DNA from: a virus
Direction: 5' to 3' (one strand)
IMG/VR virus record: IMGVR_UViG_3300032132_000001
Coordinates: 234,573 to 298,572 of that record
DNA: 64,000 bases
The notes beneath the pieces were generated by a model. The model worked only from the letters and a program-made list of their open reading frames with translations. It had not been told where the DNA came from and did not search any database. The translations under genes and the position numbers were made by a program. Positions 10,620-21,229 of this stretch are shown here, in pieces. Within the stretch, counting starts at the first letter, position 1. The number at the start of each line of letters is the position of its first letter.

Positions 10620-11070
10620 TGAACTAGCTGCAATGCTAGATGAGTTAGACGATTCGACAGAGCCAAAACTATCGATTGTACCGGCCAGAAATGAGCCGGT
10701 ACAACCTGGTTTGGAACTTGAGGTGCTAGTACCTGAACTCGTCAAGCGCTTCGTCGATAAGTTCGACGTGATGAGCGGAAGAGAAAGTGAGGATCGAACC
10801 AAACTGCGTGATGTCATCAATTACATTGAAGGCATCGTTTTCAACACTCGGGATCCTAAGAGGGCTCACTTGGAGCAGTTGGTGAGTGCTTATAGAGTGT
10901 TGATGGATTCAAATGCGAATCAGACGAGAGCGCTCGATGCGTTATCCAAACTGCTTGTGGCTGGGAAGGGTACACAAGTGATGATCAACAACAATAACAA
11001 TATAGAAGCAACCCCTCAGGATGAGCTGGTAGCCTTGTTAGAGGAAGATGATCGTAGTAGGAGCCAGTAA
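10582..11070 (+). CDS. Putative small terminase subunit (gp16-like by position)
   Basis: 162-aa acidic protein immediately upstream of the large terminase, with a TAA/ATG junction. The call rests on position and size only. Confidence 0.35.
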   Translation: MWLCCWSQSMADDELAAMLDELDDSTEPKLSIVPARNEPVQPGLELEVLVPELVKRFVDKFDVMSGRESEDRTKLRDVINYIEGIVFNTRDPKRAHLEQLVSAYRVLMDSNANQTRALDALSKLLVAGKGTQVMINNNNNIEATPQDELVALLEEDDRSRSQ

Positions 11071-14000
11071 ATGCCTCTTTCCGATATCCAGAAGCGAGTA
11101 ATTCAGCGCTGTAAGTCTGATCCTGTTTTCTTTATCGAATCGTTCTGCAAGATCAAGCACCAGACTCTTGGCGTTCTGCCATTTAAGTTGTTCGGGTACC
11201 AGCGAGAGTCAATCAGGCAATTCCTGAAGCACCGATTCAACATCTACAAGAAGTGCCGTCAGGCTGGAATCTCGACATTGACCGGCGCATATGGTCTGTG
11301 GTTCGGAATGTTCCACAATAACAAGACCATCCTAATCGTGTCCAAGCGTAATGAGGACGCGATGGCGTTCCTCAACCGTAACATCAAGTTCCCTTACCAG
11401 AATCTGCCAGTCTGGATGAAAGAGCTTTGGGCTCTTCACAAAGAGAACGAACACGAATTAGTATTCCCAAACGGTTCATCCATCAAAAGCCTCACTTCAT
11501 CCCCAGACACCCTTCGTGGTATGTCCGCTTCGTTGAACATCATTGACGAAGCTGCCTTCATGCCTAAGATGGAGGAGATGTGGGCTGGTGGTCAGCAGTG
11601 CTGCTCTCTCGGTACTCTAGTAGCGACCGACCAAGGGATCGTTTCTCTTGGAGATATGGTGAAGAAGAACTATGTAGAGCCAGGGGACTTCGCCGAGATC
11701 GACAGCCGTGTGATGACTGACGAAGGCGAAAAAGAAGCTAGGCACATCTGGAACAACGGCTACAGCAAGACCAAGAAGGTAGCAACGAGACTGGGATATG
11801 AAATCGAGTGCACCGAAGAGCATCGCCTCCGCGTAATCGATGACGGATATAGTTGGAAGCATGTTGGAGATCTTTCTTCTGGCGATGTAGTCTGCTTGAA
11901 GCCAGACACCTGCTCCGACAACACGTTCCAATTCCCAAAGATCAATATCATCCCCATTGATGCAGAGCAGACTGAAGGGGATATCGATGTAACATGTGGT
12001 AGCTGTTGGAGTAATCTCACAGTTCCCGCTGAGATAGTAAAGGGAAATCAGAATTATCAAAAGCTGGGCCTGTACGTCTGTGAGAGCTGCGAAAAAGACG
12101 AGCACCCATTCCAAGAACCAAAGGAGCTTGATGAAGATCTCGCTGAGATAGTCGGTTTCTTCAATGGTGCTGGTATGATGTCAGAGGAGACTGGAAACTT
12201 CAGTATCCTATGCAATCCAGCAGACCTAGATATCGCTAATCACTTCTATGAGAAACTACGCAAGTATAACCTAGATCCTAAGATTCAAGACGCCTACGGC
12301 ATCCTAGAAGTCAATGTACAATCTAGGAAGCTAGTAAACTTCTTCGTGCGCCATCGCCTAGAACTGGTGAGACGATCACGCAAGAATACTATCCTCCCGC
12401 CTGCGATCTTGGCGGGTGGCAGGAAGTCCCTATCCGCTTTCTTGCGTGGCCTGTTCGAAGCGTCATGCTATATGGCGATCAATGATGGGCTTGGTACTAT
12501 CAGCGTCCTAAGTGAATCAGATGCACAATCCAGACAGATCCAAGTAGCTCTTCTATCTCTTGGTATAATGTCTCACCGTTTCGTAACAGAAAATAACGAC
12601 GATGATGGATCGTCTATAATCTACACAGTCCGAATCTTAGATGGAGAGAATAACAAGCGATTCATCAAGCGCATTGGATTTATCAGCGAAAAGAAGAAAG
12701 AGATGACTTCTAGAATGGTCGTAGACCATTGCGGATACGTCATCAGACATCAGGCTGTCGAAGCTTTCGCACGCGAAGCGCTGAAGTACAACAAGGTACC
12801 GAGTGAGACGCGGGTAATCAAGAGGGCCGTCTCCACCAAGAGAATCAAGCACGATTATGCTCTTGGGCTATTGGATAAGTTCAGCGCTCTGAAGGAGACG
12901 ACGCTAGGACAAGTATTGTCTATGGGGTTGATCTTAGACGAGGTCACTGATACTTGCGTAGACTCAACCTTCACTGCCGACATCAGCGTCCCATCTAATA
13001 AGACTTATATCGCAAACGGATTCGTCAGCCATAACACGATGGTGCAGGGTGGTAGAGGTATCGTCATCTCTACCCCAAAGGGTGTCGGCAACTGGTACCA
13101 CCAGAACTGGGAAGATGCCGTGATCGGGAAGAACGGTTTCAACCCGATCTTGATCAACTGGTGGAACATGGACTGGGAATTGAAGTTCTATGATTCTCTG
13201 TCTAAGTCTGAGATGACCATTTCACCAACAGCGCGCATGCGCAAGTGCACGACCGATGAAGATAAGGACACATATGGTCCTTATTGGAGTCCATGGCTGG
13301 AAGAGCAGATGATGCAACTTGAGTCTCGTGGCGAGGCTCACCTTTTCCGCCAAGAGATCCTAGCGGACTTCATCGGCTCTGGTGATACAGTCATCAGCAG
13401 GAAGAGACTACTAGAGTCACAAGAGACTCTGATGGACCCCATCGCTAAAGTAAATGATGTAGAATATACACACCCTCTGACAGGCGTGAAAGCACAGTTG
13501 CATTTTGGAAAGCAACTGTGGATTTGGAAAGAACCGGTTAACTTCTTGACGGAAGTATATCGGTGCTCCCAAATGAATAGGATCGCCCCGAACCGCGCCA
13601 AGAGGATGCTAGAAGATCAAGGTATCGTTGAGGCGAGCTATAGACCTCATGTTTATGTGATCGGGGTCGATACCGCGACAGGCGAAAGCATCGACTACTC
13701 TACCATAGTAGTGATTGATGTGACTACTATGGAGCAGGTGGCAGAGCTGCAAGCCCGCGTCACGGTCAAGCAGCTCGTCTACATGGCAGATTGGATAGGT
13801 CGATATTACAACAATGCGTACATGGTGGTTGAGTCCACTGGTATTGGCACGGCGACTGTACAATCTCTATATGATGAGATTGGCTACCCCAATCTCCATA
13901 AAGAAGAGAATATCGGCCGAGTAAGGACCAAAGCCAAGAAGAGAAAGCTTGGATTCAACACATGCTCCAAGGCGCAGAAGGGTCTCCTCAACAAGGCGTT

Positions 14001-14484
14001 GGTAGACTCGATTGGTGCAGAAGGCGTGGTGATCTACTCGTATAGGCTACATAAAGAGTTGTTGACTTACGTCCATCTCCCGAACGGAAAGACGGGCGCG
14101 GAGCCAACAGCCGGAAACCATGACGACCTCGTAATTGGGGCGGGCCTAGCGTTCTTCGCTATAGATCGTGCGATCACTGGCGGGGCCACTGGACTATTGC
14201 CGTTCCATAATATAGACCCTGGAGAAGTACATATAGGTAATCCTGCGGACCTATCTGCAGATTTCCGCAGGATGACGCAAGAAGGCGGAGCTGGAGTTCT
14301 ACTTCCAATTTCGATGCCTTCTGAAGGTGAGACTGGTAGAACTATGGTTGAGAACGAGCTTGGTCAGTTTGCGAAAGAACTGGCTTTGGAGAAGAAACAA
14401 GGACCAGCAGTGGTGCCGAACAGAGCTGTAGAAGTTAGGAGAAAACGAGTAGTGCTTGAACTTCGCCCGAAACGTAAATCCTAA
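11071..14484 (+). CDS. Large terminase subunit (TerL) interrupted by a 479-aa intein
   Basis: Extein N-part has a terminase ATPase Walker-A-like RQAGISTL and Walker B LNIIDEAAF. The extein C-part carries a nuclease domain (VIGVDTATGESIDYS..., HDDLVIG). The combined extein length is about 658 aa. Confidence 0.8.
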   Translation: MPLSDIQKRVIQRCKSDPVFFIESFCKIKHQTLGVLPFKLFGYQRESIRQFLKHRFNIYKKCRQAGISTLTGAYGLWFGMFHNNKTILIVSKRNEDAMAFLNRNIKFPYQNLPVWMKELWALHKENEHELVFPNGSSIKSLTSSPDTLRGMSASLNIIDEAAFMPKMEEMWAGGQQCCSLGTLVATDQGIVSLGDMVKKNYVEPGDFAEIDSRVMTDEGEKEARHIWNNGYSKTKKVATRLGYEIECTEEHRLRVIDDGYSWKHVGDLSSGDVVCLKPDTCSDNTFQFPKINIIPIDAEQTEGDIDVTCGSCWSNLTVPAEIVKGNQNYQKLGLYVCESCEKDEHPFQEPKELDEDLAEIVGFFNGAGMMSEETGNFSILCNPADLDIANHFYEKLRKYNLDPKIQDAYGILEVNVQSRKLVNFFVRHRLELVRRSRKNTILPPAILAGGRKSLSAFLRGLFEASCYMAINDGLGTISVLSESDAQSRQIQVALLSLGIMSHRFVTENNDDDGSSIIYTVRILDGENNKRFIKRIGFISEKKKEMTSRMVVDHCGYVIRHQAVEAFAREALKYNKVPSETRVIKRAVSTKRIKHDYALGLLDKFSALKETTLGQVLSMGLILDEVTDTCVDSTFTADISVPSNKTYIANGFVSHNTMVQGGRGIVISTPKGVGNWYHQNWEDAVIGKNGFNPILINWWNMDWELKFYDSLSKSEMTISPTARMRKCTTDEDKDTYGPYWSPWLEEQMMQLESRGEAHLFRQEILADFIGSGDTVISRKRLLESQETLMDPIAKVNDVEYTHPLTGVKAQLHFGKQLWIWKEPVNFLTEVYRCSQMNRIAPNRAKRMLEDQGIVEASYRPHVYVIGVDTATGESIDYSTIVVIDVTTMEQVAELQARVTVKQLVYMADWIGRYYNNAYMVVESTGIGTATVQSLYDEIGYPNLHKEENIGRVRTKAKKRKLGFNTCSKAQKGLLNKALVDSIGAEGVVIYSYRLHKELLTYVHLPNGKTGAEPTAGNHDDLVIGAGLAFFAIDRAITGGATGLLPFHNIDPGEVHIGNPADLSADFRRMTQEGGAGVLLPISMPSEGETGRTMVENELGQFAKELALEKKQGPAVVPNRAVEVRRKRVVLELRPKRKS
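11599..13035 (+). mobile_element. Intein with a LAGLIDADG homing-endonuclease domain inside TerL
   Basis: N-terminal block A CCSLGTLVATDQG (Cys1), block B TEEH, two LAGLIDADG-like motifs (LAEIVGFFNGAG; LSAFLRGLFEAS), and the C-terminal ...FVSHN followed by extein Thr (+1). In-frame; insertion is right after the ATPase Walker B. Confidence 0.75.
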
Positions 14485-14502
14485 TATTCAAAGATCCAAT
14501 AT

Positions 14503-16317
14503 ATGGGCTGGCAACTATTCGACAGGATTGGTGCGTGGGTAAAGCAGCTTGGTGCTTACCGTCACGAAAACTTATTCACTGACCAATCTAATCTTCTACG
14601 AATCATGGCGGGCGGGGAATTTCTAGATTTCTCCAACCAACACTCGCTACTCCAGCAGACCAATCTCCAGATCAACCGCCTTGAGCGGTACAAAGACTTC
14701 GATCAGATGGATGAGGTGGGTGAGATTACCCTCGCCCTGGACATGTACGCCGACGAGGCGTCCCTCATCGACCCAGAAACAAAGCACACCCTCATGGTTC
14801 GGGCTAGCAATGTCCGAGTCAAGGAAGAGTTAGAAGAGCTATTCTACAATACTCTGATGATCGACGACTGGTTGCGACCAGCTATTCGATATCTGTGCAA
14901 GTATGGCGATCTACCAGCAGAGATCGTACCGGACCACAACCGGGAAGGCGTCGCCCAACTCCGCCACATGAACGTCTACAACTTCACTCGCGTGGAGACC
15001 AAGTACGGCGATCTGGTTGGATTCTTCTATCAAGATGAGTTGGTCAATGAGCCGACGTTCTTCCACCCATGGCAGATCATGCATACGAGACTTACCTCGT
15101 TTGAGCAGATCTACCATCCATATGGAAGGTCCATCTTAGACGGCGCGCGGAAGCACTTCAAACAGCTGAGGTTGATGGAAGATGCTGCCCTGGTATACCG
15201 CATTACGCGTGCGCCAGAAAAGCGTGTCTTCACGATTCCAGTAGGAAATATCCCTGCTAAGGACGTCCCGCAGTACATTCAGCTGATTGCACGGGAATTC
15301 AAGAAGAAGAAATTCTTCGATCCTGCATCTGGCGACGTAAATGAAAGATGGCACCCGCTCATCCAGGAAGATGACTTCTGGATGCCAGAGCGTGCGGACG
15401 GCGTAGGCCCGAAAGTCGATGTCCTACCTGGTGCGCAGAACCTAGATGAAATCGCCGACATCGAGTACTTCAAGAAGAAGATGGTCTCAGCTCTCAAGAT
15501 TCCATTCTCCAGAGTGGGGATTGGAGAGGCAGACGCATCGACAAGCGGCGAACCACTGTACAAGGTATCCCCAGAATTCTCCAAAGCGGTGCACTACATC
15601 CAGAAGGCAATGACCACTGCACTAAGCAAGGTCGCCATCGTGCACCTCGTACTACGGGGTTACAACGCGGACGATATCCGCAACTTCGATCTCACCATGA
15701 CCACAGCCTCTGCAATCGATGAGCTGTACAGGATGGATACCTGGCGGCAGAGAGTCGATATGATGGAGGGCATGAAGAATCTGGAGCTATTCCCAGACGA
15801 GTGGATTCTGCGTCGGTTCACAGAGATGACAGATGACGAAATCGACCAGATGATGGACGAGAAGGAAGAGAAAGAGCAAGAAGCAATCGAGGCTGGGGAA
15901 CAACTTGGTCTTGCTGCGGGCGGTATGGGTGACGAGTTAGGAGGAGGGATAGGCGGTCTACCCCCCTTAGAAGGTCTAGATGCAGACCTTGCCAAGAACG
16001 TGTTGAAGGAGTACAACGAGCTTATCCAGGAAACTAAGATTCAGAAAAGACGTCGTAGGCGAAATAGGTACAAGAAACCGATCAGGTTCAAGAACTATTT
16101 CGAGCGCATGCTTGGAGAAGAGGAACTAGCCAAGTTGCCCTACATTATAGATGATGTGAACGGGAATGAGAAAACTGTAATAATAGAGTCCTGCATCGAG
16201 GAGGCCAATAGGAAGGACCAGATTGGTGAGACTCGTAAGTTGCTAATGGAAGATAATGCCAATATTCTAAATGAGAGTGTAGAAGACGAAATCTCTGAAT
16301 CTGATTTGCCTGGCTAA
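14503..16317 (+). CDS. Portal protein (T4 gp20-like)
   Basis: The motif RYKDFDQMDEVGEITLALDMYADEAS matches the gp20 hallmark YRDYEEMDEYPEISAALDIYADD. It lies directly after the terminase. Confidence 0.75.
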   Translation: MGWQLFDRIGAWVKQLGAYRHENLFTDQSNLLRIMAGGEFLDFSNQHSLLQQTNLQINRLERYKDFDQMDEVGEITLALDMYADEASLIDPETKHTLMVRASNVRVKEELEELFYNTLMIDDWLRPAIRYLCKYGDLPAEIVPDHNREGVAQLRHMNVYNFTRVETKYGDLVGFFYQDELVNEPTFFHPWQIMHTRLTSFEQIYHPYGRSILDGARKHFKQLRLMEDAALVYRITRAPEKRVFTIPVGNIPAKDVPQYIQLIAREFKKKKFFDPASGDVNERWHPLIQEDDFWMPERADGVGPKVDVLPGAQNLDEIADIEYFKKKMVSALKIPFSRVGIGEADASTSGEPLYKVSPEFSKAVHYIQKAMTTALSKVAIVHLVLRGYNADDIRNFDLTMTTASAIDELYRMDTWRQRVDMMEGMKNLELFPDEWILRRFTEMTDDEIDQMMDEKEEKEQEAIEAGEQLGLAAGGMGDELGGGIGGLPPLEGLDADLAKNVLKEYNELIQETKIQKRRRRRNRYKKPIRFKNYFERMLGEEELAKLPYIIDDVNGNEKTVIIESCIEEANRKDQIGETRKLLMEDNANILNESVEDEISESDLPG

Positions 16318-16371
16318 GACGCTAAGTACTCCATCAAATATATATAGAAGTTAATCCAAAAGGAGTGACGC

Positions 16372-19300
16372 ATGAGCACTAATCAGAAGAGACGTCCGAC
16401 ATCTGTCACAATGGATGTACGGAAACTTCTGCGTGCCTTCAACTCATCTGCGCAGAGTAAGGTACAGTTTTTCGAAGAGTCAGTTCGCAAGCTGGGGATG
16501 AGCGTCAATCGGCAGTATCGCCTGTCGGCCCTGAATGCCAGCAACATCATCTTCGAAGACGTTGATTCCAACGTATACTACCTTGCCGACACGAAGAAAG
16601 ATGGCACCAAGTATCGCATCAACAATGTCCGCAGGATCGAGATTGGCGACCGTGAAAAGCCGCAGATCTTCGAAAAGAACTGCCTCAAGTTGGTCGATAA
16701 ACTATCAGAACAGAAATATAAGCAAGCCGATAAAGTCTGGAAGCAGATCGAATCACAGCGCTTCCGTTCACAAATCATTCCTGAAAGCGGTCTAGTCACT
16801 ACCAAAGATGGTATTACTAGACGATTCCATACTCATAAACTAGAAAGCCGCGACGAGCGCATCTCTACCATCGTCGAAGCTATTGTTGACACATTCCGTG
16901 ATAATGTAGATGTAGTCGATGGTGAAGTGGTCTGCGGCGTGTTCAGCGAAGACACCACAGACTTTACCCTACCAGTAGACGAAATGACATGTCGGCGTGT
17001 CATTGCACGCCAGATGAAGGAAGCTGCACGGGAAGCTTACAAGTCCAAGGCTTTCCAGAGAGTAGTCAAGAACGTAGCTGGCCTAGTCAGTAACGGCAAC
17101 CTAAAGGAAGCCGTCTCGACCGCCGCTAAGTTCATGAAGAGAGAGCAGGAATTCTCTCTCCTAAGTGAGCGCGAGTTCAAGGATCTGATTGATGATACCC
17201 TAGCAGCGTCAGGGATTTTCAACCCGTTCCTATGCAAGGATGCCTCTAAACTACTCTACCTGACAAACCTACGCGCCAACCACACCGACATTGTTGAGTC
17301 GTGGACCAAGACGGCGCACATGGCGAACAACGCAGACCTAATGGAGCATGTAGATGCTCTTCGCAGGTCTAAGAACTTCATCAAGGACTACAACTCCCTC
17401 TTGGATTTGGTCTTCAACGAAGATTACAACCCAAGCAGCCTAGAACTCCGCGACAAGGCGTACGCAGCAGCCCTCCACGCTCTTGCTGGTAAGGTATCGC
17501 GTGACAACCCAGAGCTTGCCAAGGAGATGCTCCAGCAGGCAGAGGTACTCGCAGATCCTAACAAGAGCGATACCGCAGCTCGCAATGAGGCAGAAGCTAT
17601 CCTCGGCGCAGCATGGAGCAAGCTCGGTGGTGTACTGAGCAAGTACGACGAGTTCGGCGGGGAGATCGAGGACGAAGAGGAAGCCGAAGAGGATTACGAA
17701 GGCGAAGAGGAGATGGGCGAGCCAATCGAGTTCAGCCCAGATCTCGCAGGCGCTGACGAACTCGGCGGCCCAGAAGAGCTTGGCCCAGAGGCCGGTCTAG
17801 ACATGGGTATGGACGCCGGTCTGGATATGGGTATGGGCGGTGCCGACATGGGCATGGGTGGCGCTCCAATGGGCGCTCCAGGCGGCGGAATGGGTATGGC
17901 CCCACCGCTCGCAGCCAGCAAGCAGAAGGGCGGCGTAACCTTCATCGAGAACATGGGTCTCCGTCAACTCAAGGAAGAGTTGGACTTCTGGAAGACCGAT
18001 GGTCACATCTACCTGCGGGAAGATGGGTTCGACGACTGCTTTGAGCAGATGCAGGCTTACATCTCCCGTTCCGATCAGTATGGCCCGAAGGGCAAGAAGA
18101 TCGCAGAAGGATTCAGAAGCATCCGCGACTACATGGTCGAGACCGGTACTGACGTGATGAAGGATGTAGCGTTCGATCGCTACAAGACCTCCGCATCGCG
18201 GGTCAAGGATGTGGACATTAACCATGACTACCTTGCGGAAGATTCAAGCCTCCGCATGGGCGAACCGTGGTCTGACGTCGATTCTGGCGGCCAGAAGAGC
18301 GGTGAGTTCCGTGGTGATGGTCTTGCCGACAAGAGCGCGAAGGACTGTGATGGTGCTTCGGGCGAAAAGGAGGCTGGTAGCGGGGAAGCGGCGAGTGGTG
18401 ACGGTAAGTCACGCATGAGCAAGGGTCTTGGCCCTCATAAGGGTCAGGGCGGCGGTGGCGGCGACAAGGGTGGAAACCTAAGCGAGCCGGGCGACAAGCT
18501 TGACATGACTAAGGGTGCTGGCCCACACAAGGGTCAAGGTGGCGATGAAGTCACTAAGACTAAGGGCAAGGGTCCGAAGGGCATGGGAGAGATGTCCGAA
18601 GGTGAAGTCCCAGATTCCTTCAAGAAGAATTGGAAGGATCAGGACGATGACGTCGCCACGGACGACGACGGCGAAGACGATGCCTCCGAGTGCATGACGG
18701 ATGACCAGTACCATCAGGGTGGTCAGAAGAAGAAGCGCACTTGGGGCCGTGCAGATGCCGCAATCGACGCCCAGGAAGAGGGATATGATCGCGACGATCA
18801 GATTACCCTTGAAGATGTCGAGGCTGTAATCCGCAAGGGCGACATGGAGGTAGAACTCCGTTCGCCAATGGGAGATGACGGTGAGATCGCGAGCATCGTA
18901 GCTCAGATCTTCGACGGCGCTGGCGACATGGGTCACCCTGACGAGTTTGCAGCCGACGATGAAATTGACCCCGACATGTTGGGCCTCCCAGGCGACGACG
19001 ACGAAGACGTCGAGCTAGATGATGAAGTAGAAGACTTCGGAGACGAAGAGGAAGATGACAACTTCGATCTCGGCGACGACGACGACGACGAAGGCGGCGA
19101 AGAGTTCGACATGGGCAAGCCAGAGCCAGAATCCGGTGACATCCTTACCTCGGACGACGAGGACGAGGACGAGGACGATGGCGGCGAGGAGCCCGATTTC
19201 GGAGGCGGAGACGATGGTGACGAGGACGAGGGCGACGATGATTCTGGACCTCCAGATGACCTAGATGAGGACGTTTCCCTTTCAGACCGCCTAGACGGCG

Positions 19301-19623
19301 CTCTCCTCAACGACGAGCTTATCGGCGGTGACCTGAAGGTCTCTGGCGGCATGAAGGATCCAGGAGACGACATGGGCGATCTCCAAGGCTCGGACGACAT
19401 CACCAAGAAGAAGAGCGGCACCAAAGGCAAGGGCCACAAGATGGACCGTGTAGCCGATGGTGGCGACATCTCCAAGAAGAAGGGCGGGGCAAAGGGTAAG
19501 GGTCACAAGATGGACCGTGTAGGCGGAGAAGGTGGTGACATCACCACAAAAGCCGGCAAGGGCCCGAAAGTGAAGCAGGAATCCCGTCGCCGCCGTAAGC
19601 GTAGAGGTCGGAGACGCCGATAA
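16372..19623 (+). CDS. Large, highly acidic prohead core / internal-virion protein-like protein (1083 aa)
   Basis: It sits between portal and prohead protease, where T4 has gp67/gp68. An N-terminal ordered region of about 400 aa is followed by G/D/E-rich low complexity with internal repeats (KGLGPHKGQGG x2; KGKGHKMDRV x2). Confidence 0.4.
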   Translation: MSTNQKRRPTSVTMDVRKLLRAFNSSAQSKVQFFEESVRKLGMSVNRQYRLSALNASNIIFEDVDSNVYYLADTKKDGTKYRINNVRRIEIGDREKPQIFEKNCLKLVDKLSEQKYKQADKVWKQIESQRFRSQIIPESGLVTTKDGITRRFHTHKLESRDERISTIVEAIVDTFRDNVDVVDGEVVCGVFSEDTTDFTLPVDEMTCRRVIARQMKEAAREAYKSKAFQRVVKNVAGLVSNGNLKEAVSTAAKFMKREQEFSLLSEREFKDLIDDTLAASGIFNPFLCKDASKLLYLTNLRANHTDIVESWTKTAHMANNADLMEHVDALRRSKNFIKDYNSLLDLVFNEDYNPSSLELRDKAYAAALHALAGKVSRDNPELAKEMLQQAEVLADPNKSDTAARNEAEAILGAAWSKLGGVLSKYDEFGGEIEDEEEAEEDYEGEEEMGEPIEFSPDLAGADELGGPEELGPEAGLDMGMDAGLDMGMGGADMGMGGAPMGAPGGGMGMAPPLAASKQKGGVTFIENMGLRQLKEELDFWKTDGHIYLREDGFDDCFEQMQAYISRSDQYGPKGKKIAEGFRSIRDYMVETGTDVMKDVAFDRYKTSASRVKDVDINHDYLAEDSSLRMGEPWSDVDSGGQKSGEFRGDGLADKSAKDCDGASGEKEAGSGEAASGDGKSRMSKGLGPHKGQGGGGGDKGGNLSEPGDKLDMTKGAGPHKGQGGDEVTKTKGKGPKGMGEMSEGEVPDSFKKNWKDQDDDVATDDDGEDDASECMTDDQYHQGGQKKKRTWGRADAAIDAQEEGYDRDDQITLEDVEAVIRKGDMEVELRSPMGDDGEIASIVAQIFDGAGDMGHPDEFAADDEIDPDMLGLPGDDDEDVELDDEVEDFGDEEEDDNFDLGDDDDDEGGEEFDMGKPEPESGDILTSDDEDEDEDDGGEEPDFGGGDDGDEDEGDDDSGPPDDLDEDVSLSDRLDGALLNDELIGGDLKVSGGMKDPGDDMGDLQGSDDITKKKSGTKGKGHKMDRVADGGDISKKKGGAKGKGHKMDRVGGEGGDITTKAGKGPKVKQESRRRRKRRGRRRR

Positions 19624-20300
19624 TGCAAGTGATCAGTAGACATTCGGTAGCCCAAACTGGGCAATTAGGTGGACACACCCTATTCCAGGATTCTATTCCG
19701 CTTACTATTAAGCGGATCGAGCCTGTTATCTCTGAAGACGTTGACGGGAATAAAATCAAGGTAATGCGCCTTGGTGGCCGTTTCCAGTTCGCAGAGAAGC
19801 CGAATGCCAATGGTCGCATCTACCCTCGGGATGTTCTCGAAGCAGCAATTAGAGAAATCCAAGAGGATATGGGTAAGCGCCGGGTCCTTGGTGAGTTCGA
19901 TCACCCACCCGATGCCAAGATCCACCTTGATAGAGTGAGTCACCTCATTACCAAGCTGTGGATGGAAAACAACGAGGTCTACGGAGAACTAGAAATCCTC
20001 CCAAAGACCAAGTTTGGTGGGCAACTACTAGCACTCGTAGAAAGTAACGTGAACATCGGCATCTCATCTAGAGGTGTTGGCGACATGGAAACTACGATGC
20101 TTGAGGGTCAGGAATTCTACAAAGTGCTTCCGGGATATACTTTCGTTACTTTCGACGTTGTGGCAGAGCCTAGTGTTCACGGATCCTACCTCTCACTAAA
20201 AGAGAGCCAGGAGAAGATGAGAAGGCTTCAGAGTGTCAACATGCGTGAACAGAAAGAACAAAAGATCCTGAAAGCAGTCAAAGATATCCTATACCGCTAA
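19623..20300 (+). CDS. Prohead core protease (T4 gp21-like)
   Basis: Motif GEFDHPPDAK; 225 aa; located between portal and MCP; start overlaps the upstream stop (TAATG). Confidence 0.65.
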   Translation: MQVISRHSVAQTGQLGGHTLFQDSIPLTIKRIEPVISEDVDGNKIKVMRLGGRFQFAEKPNANGRIYPRDVLEAAIREIQEDMGKRRVLGEFDHPPDAKIHLDRVSHLITKLWMENNEVYGELEILPKTKFGGQLLALVESNVNIGISSRGVGDMETTMLEGQEFYKVLPGYTFVTFDVVAEPSVHGSYLSLKESQEKMRRLQSVNMREQKEQKILKAVKDILYR

Positions 20301-20311
20301 GGAAGGATAAG

Positions 20312-21199
20312 ATGGCAGACAAGCTGTTTAGTTTCCAGAGAGTAAGAACCGGCAGAATTACGGGCAGAGTCAGTGACTATGTGCGTAAGGCACTAAAGCC
20401 GGGCGAAGATGAGCTGCTCAGCGAATCTGTAATCATCGACAAGCTTGGTTCAGAAAACTTCTCACTGGCTGTCCAGTGTGGAGTGCTCACTGAATCAGGA
20501 AAGCCATGGGAAAATGGCGATGACGGTGATTCTGATTCTGATTCTGGCCCACCATGGGCAAAAGATGACGACTCAGACTCCGACTCCGACTCAGACTCCG
20601 ACTCAGACTCAGATTGCGATTGCGTAACGGGCTGTGCAAAATGTGAGTGGGTCGAGTTTGATCGCAAGCCTCTGTCAGAAGAGTTTCCTGATGACCTAGG
20701 TGGCGACGACGAAGAGCTTGGCAGGGGCACAGACGATTTGGATCTTGATGGTCCAGATGATGATCTAGATGATCTAGATGACCTTGACGATCTCGACGGC
20801 CCAGAGGGCGATCTAGAAGGTGAAGGTGCGATCGACGATCTCGACGACGATCTGATAGATGATGATATCGAGCTTGAAGATGAGCTTGATGATCTTGCTG
20901 CGCAATATGACATATCTCCTGAAGAGATGGCAGAGCGCGTCCAGGACTGGGCAGCTGGAGCAGCAGGTGAGTTCGGCGATGCAGAAGAAGGTCTAGGCGC
21001 AGGACCAGACGACCTTGACGGACTTGGCGATCCAGAAGGTGCTATTGGTGACCCAGCTCCAGAAGAGCCACTCCCAGGCGAGGAAGATACCCTCGACATG
21101 CCTGATGATGAAGGCGAAGACTTCTATGAGTGGATGGAAAAGGACTTCTTGCCAGAAATCCTTGAAAGCAAGTTTCGCGGTAAGAAGCGAAAGAAATAA
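20312..21199 (+). CDS. Acidic Asp/Ser-repeat protein (scaffold/core-like)
   Basis: (DS)n and DLDDLDD repeats in the head module. The antisense 20377..21099 ORF is a Ser-rich shadow. Confidence 0.4.
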   Translation: MADKLFSFQRVRTGRITGRVSDYVRKALKPGEDELLSESVIIDKLGSENFSLAVQCGVLTESGKPWENGDDGDSDSDSGPPWAKDDDSDSDSDSDSDSDSDCDCVTGCAKCEWVEFDRKPLSEEFPDDLGGDDEELGRGTDDLDLDGPDDDLDDLDDLDDLDGPEGDLEGEGAIDDLDDDLIDDDIELEDELDDLAAQYDISPEEMAERVQDWAAGAAGEFGDAEEGLGAGPDDLDGLGDPEGAIGDPAPEEPLPGEEDTLDMPDDEGEDFYEWMEKDFLPEILESKFRGKKRKK

Positions 21200-21229
21200 T
21201 TCCAGGCAAAAGTACTGACGAGGTTTGAA

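Noticed and set aside
18933-19475. 180-aa Ser/Pro-rich minus-strand ORF
   Set aside because: It is antisense to the acidic tail of 16372..19623.
20377-21099. 240-aa Ser-rich ORF on the minus strand
   Set aside because: It is antisense to the (DS)n/DLDD repeat gene 20312..21199. Its composition mirrors the repeat, so it is a shadow ORF.
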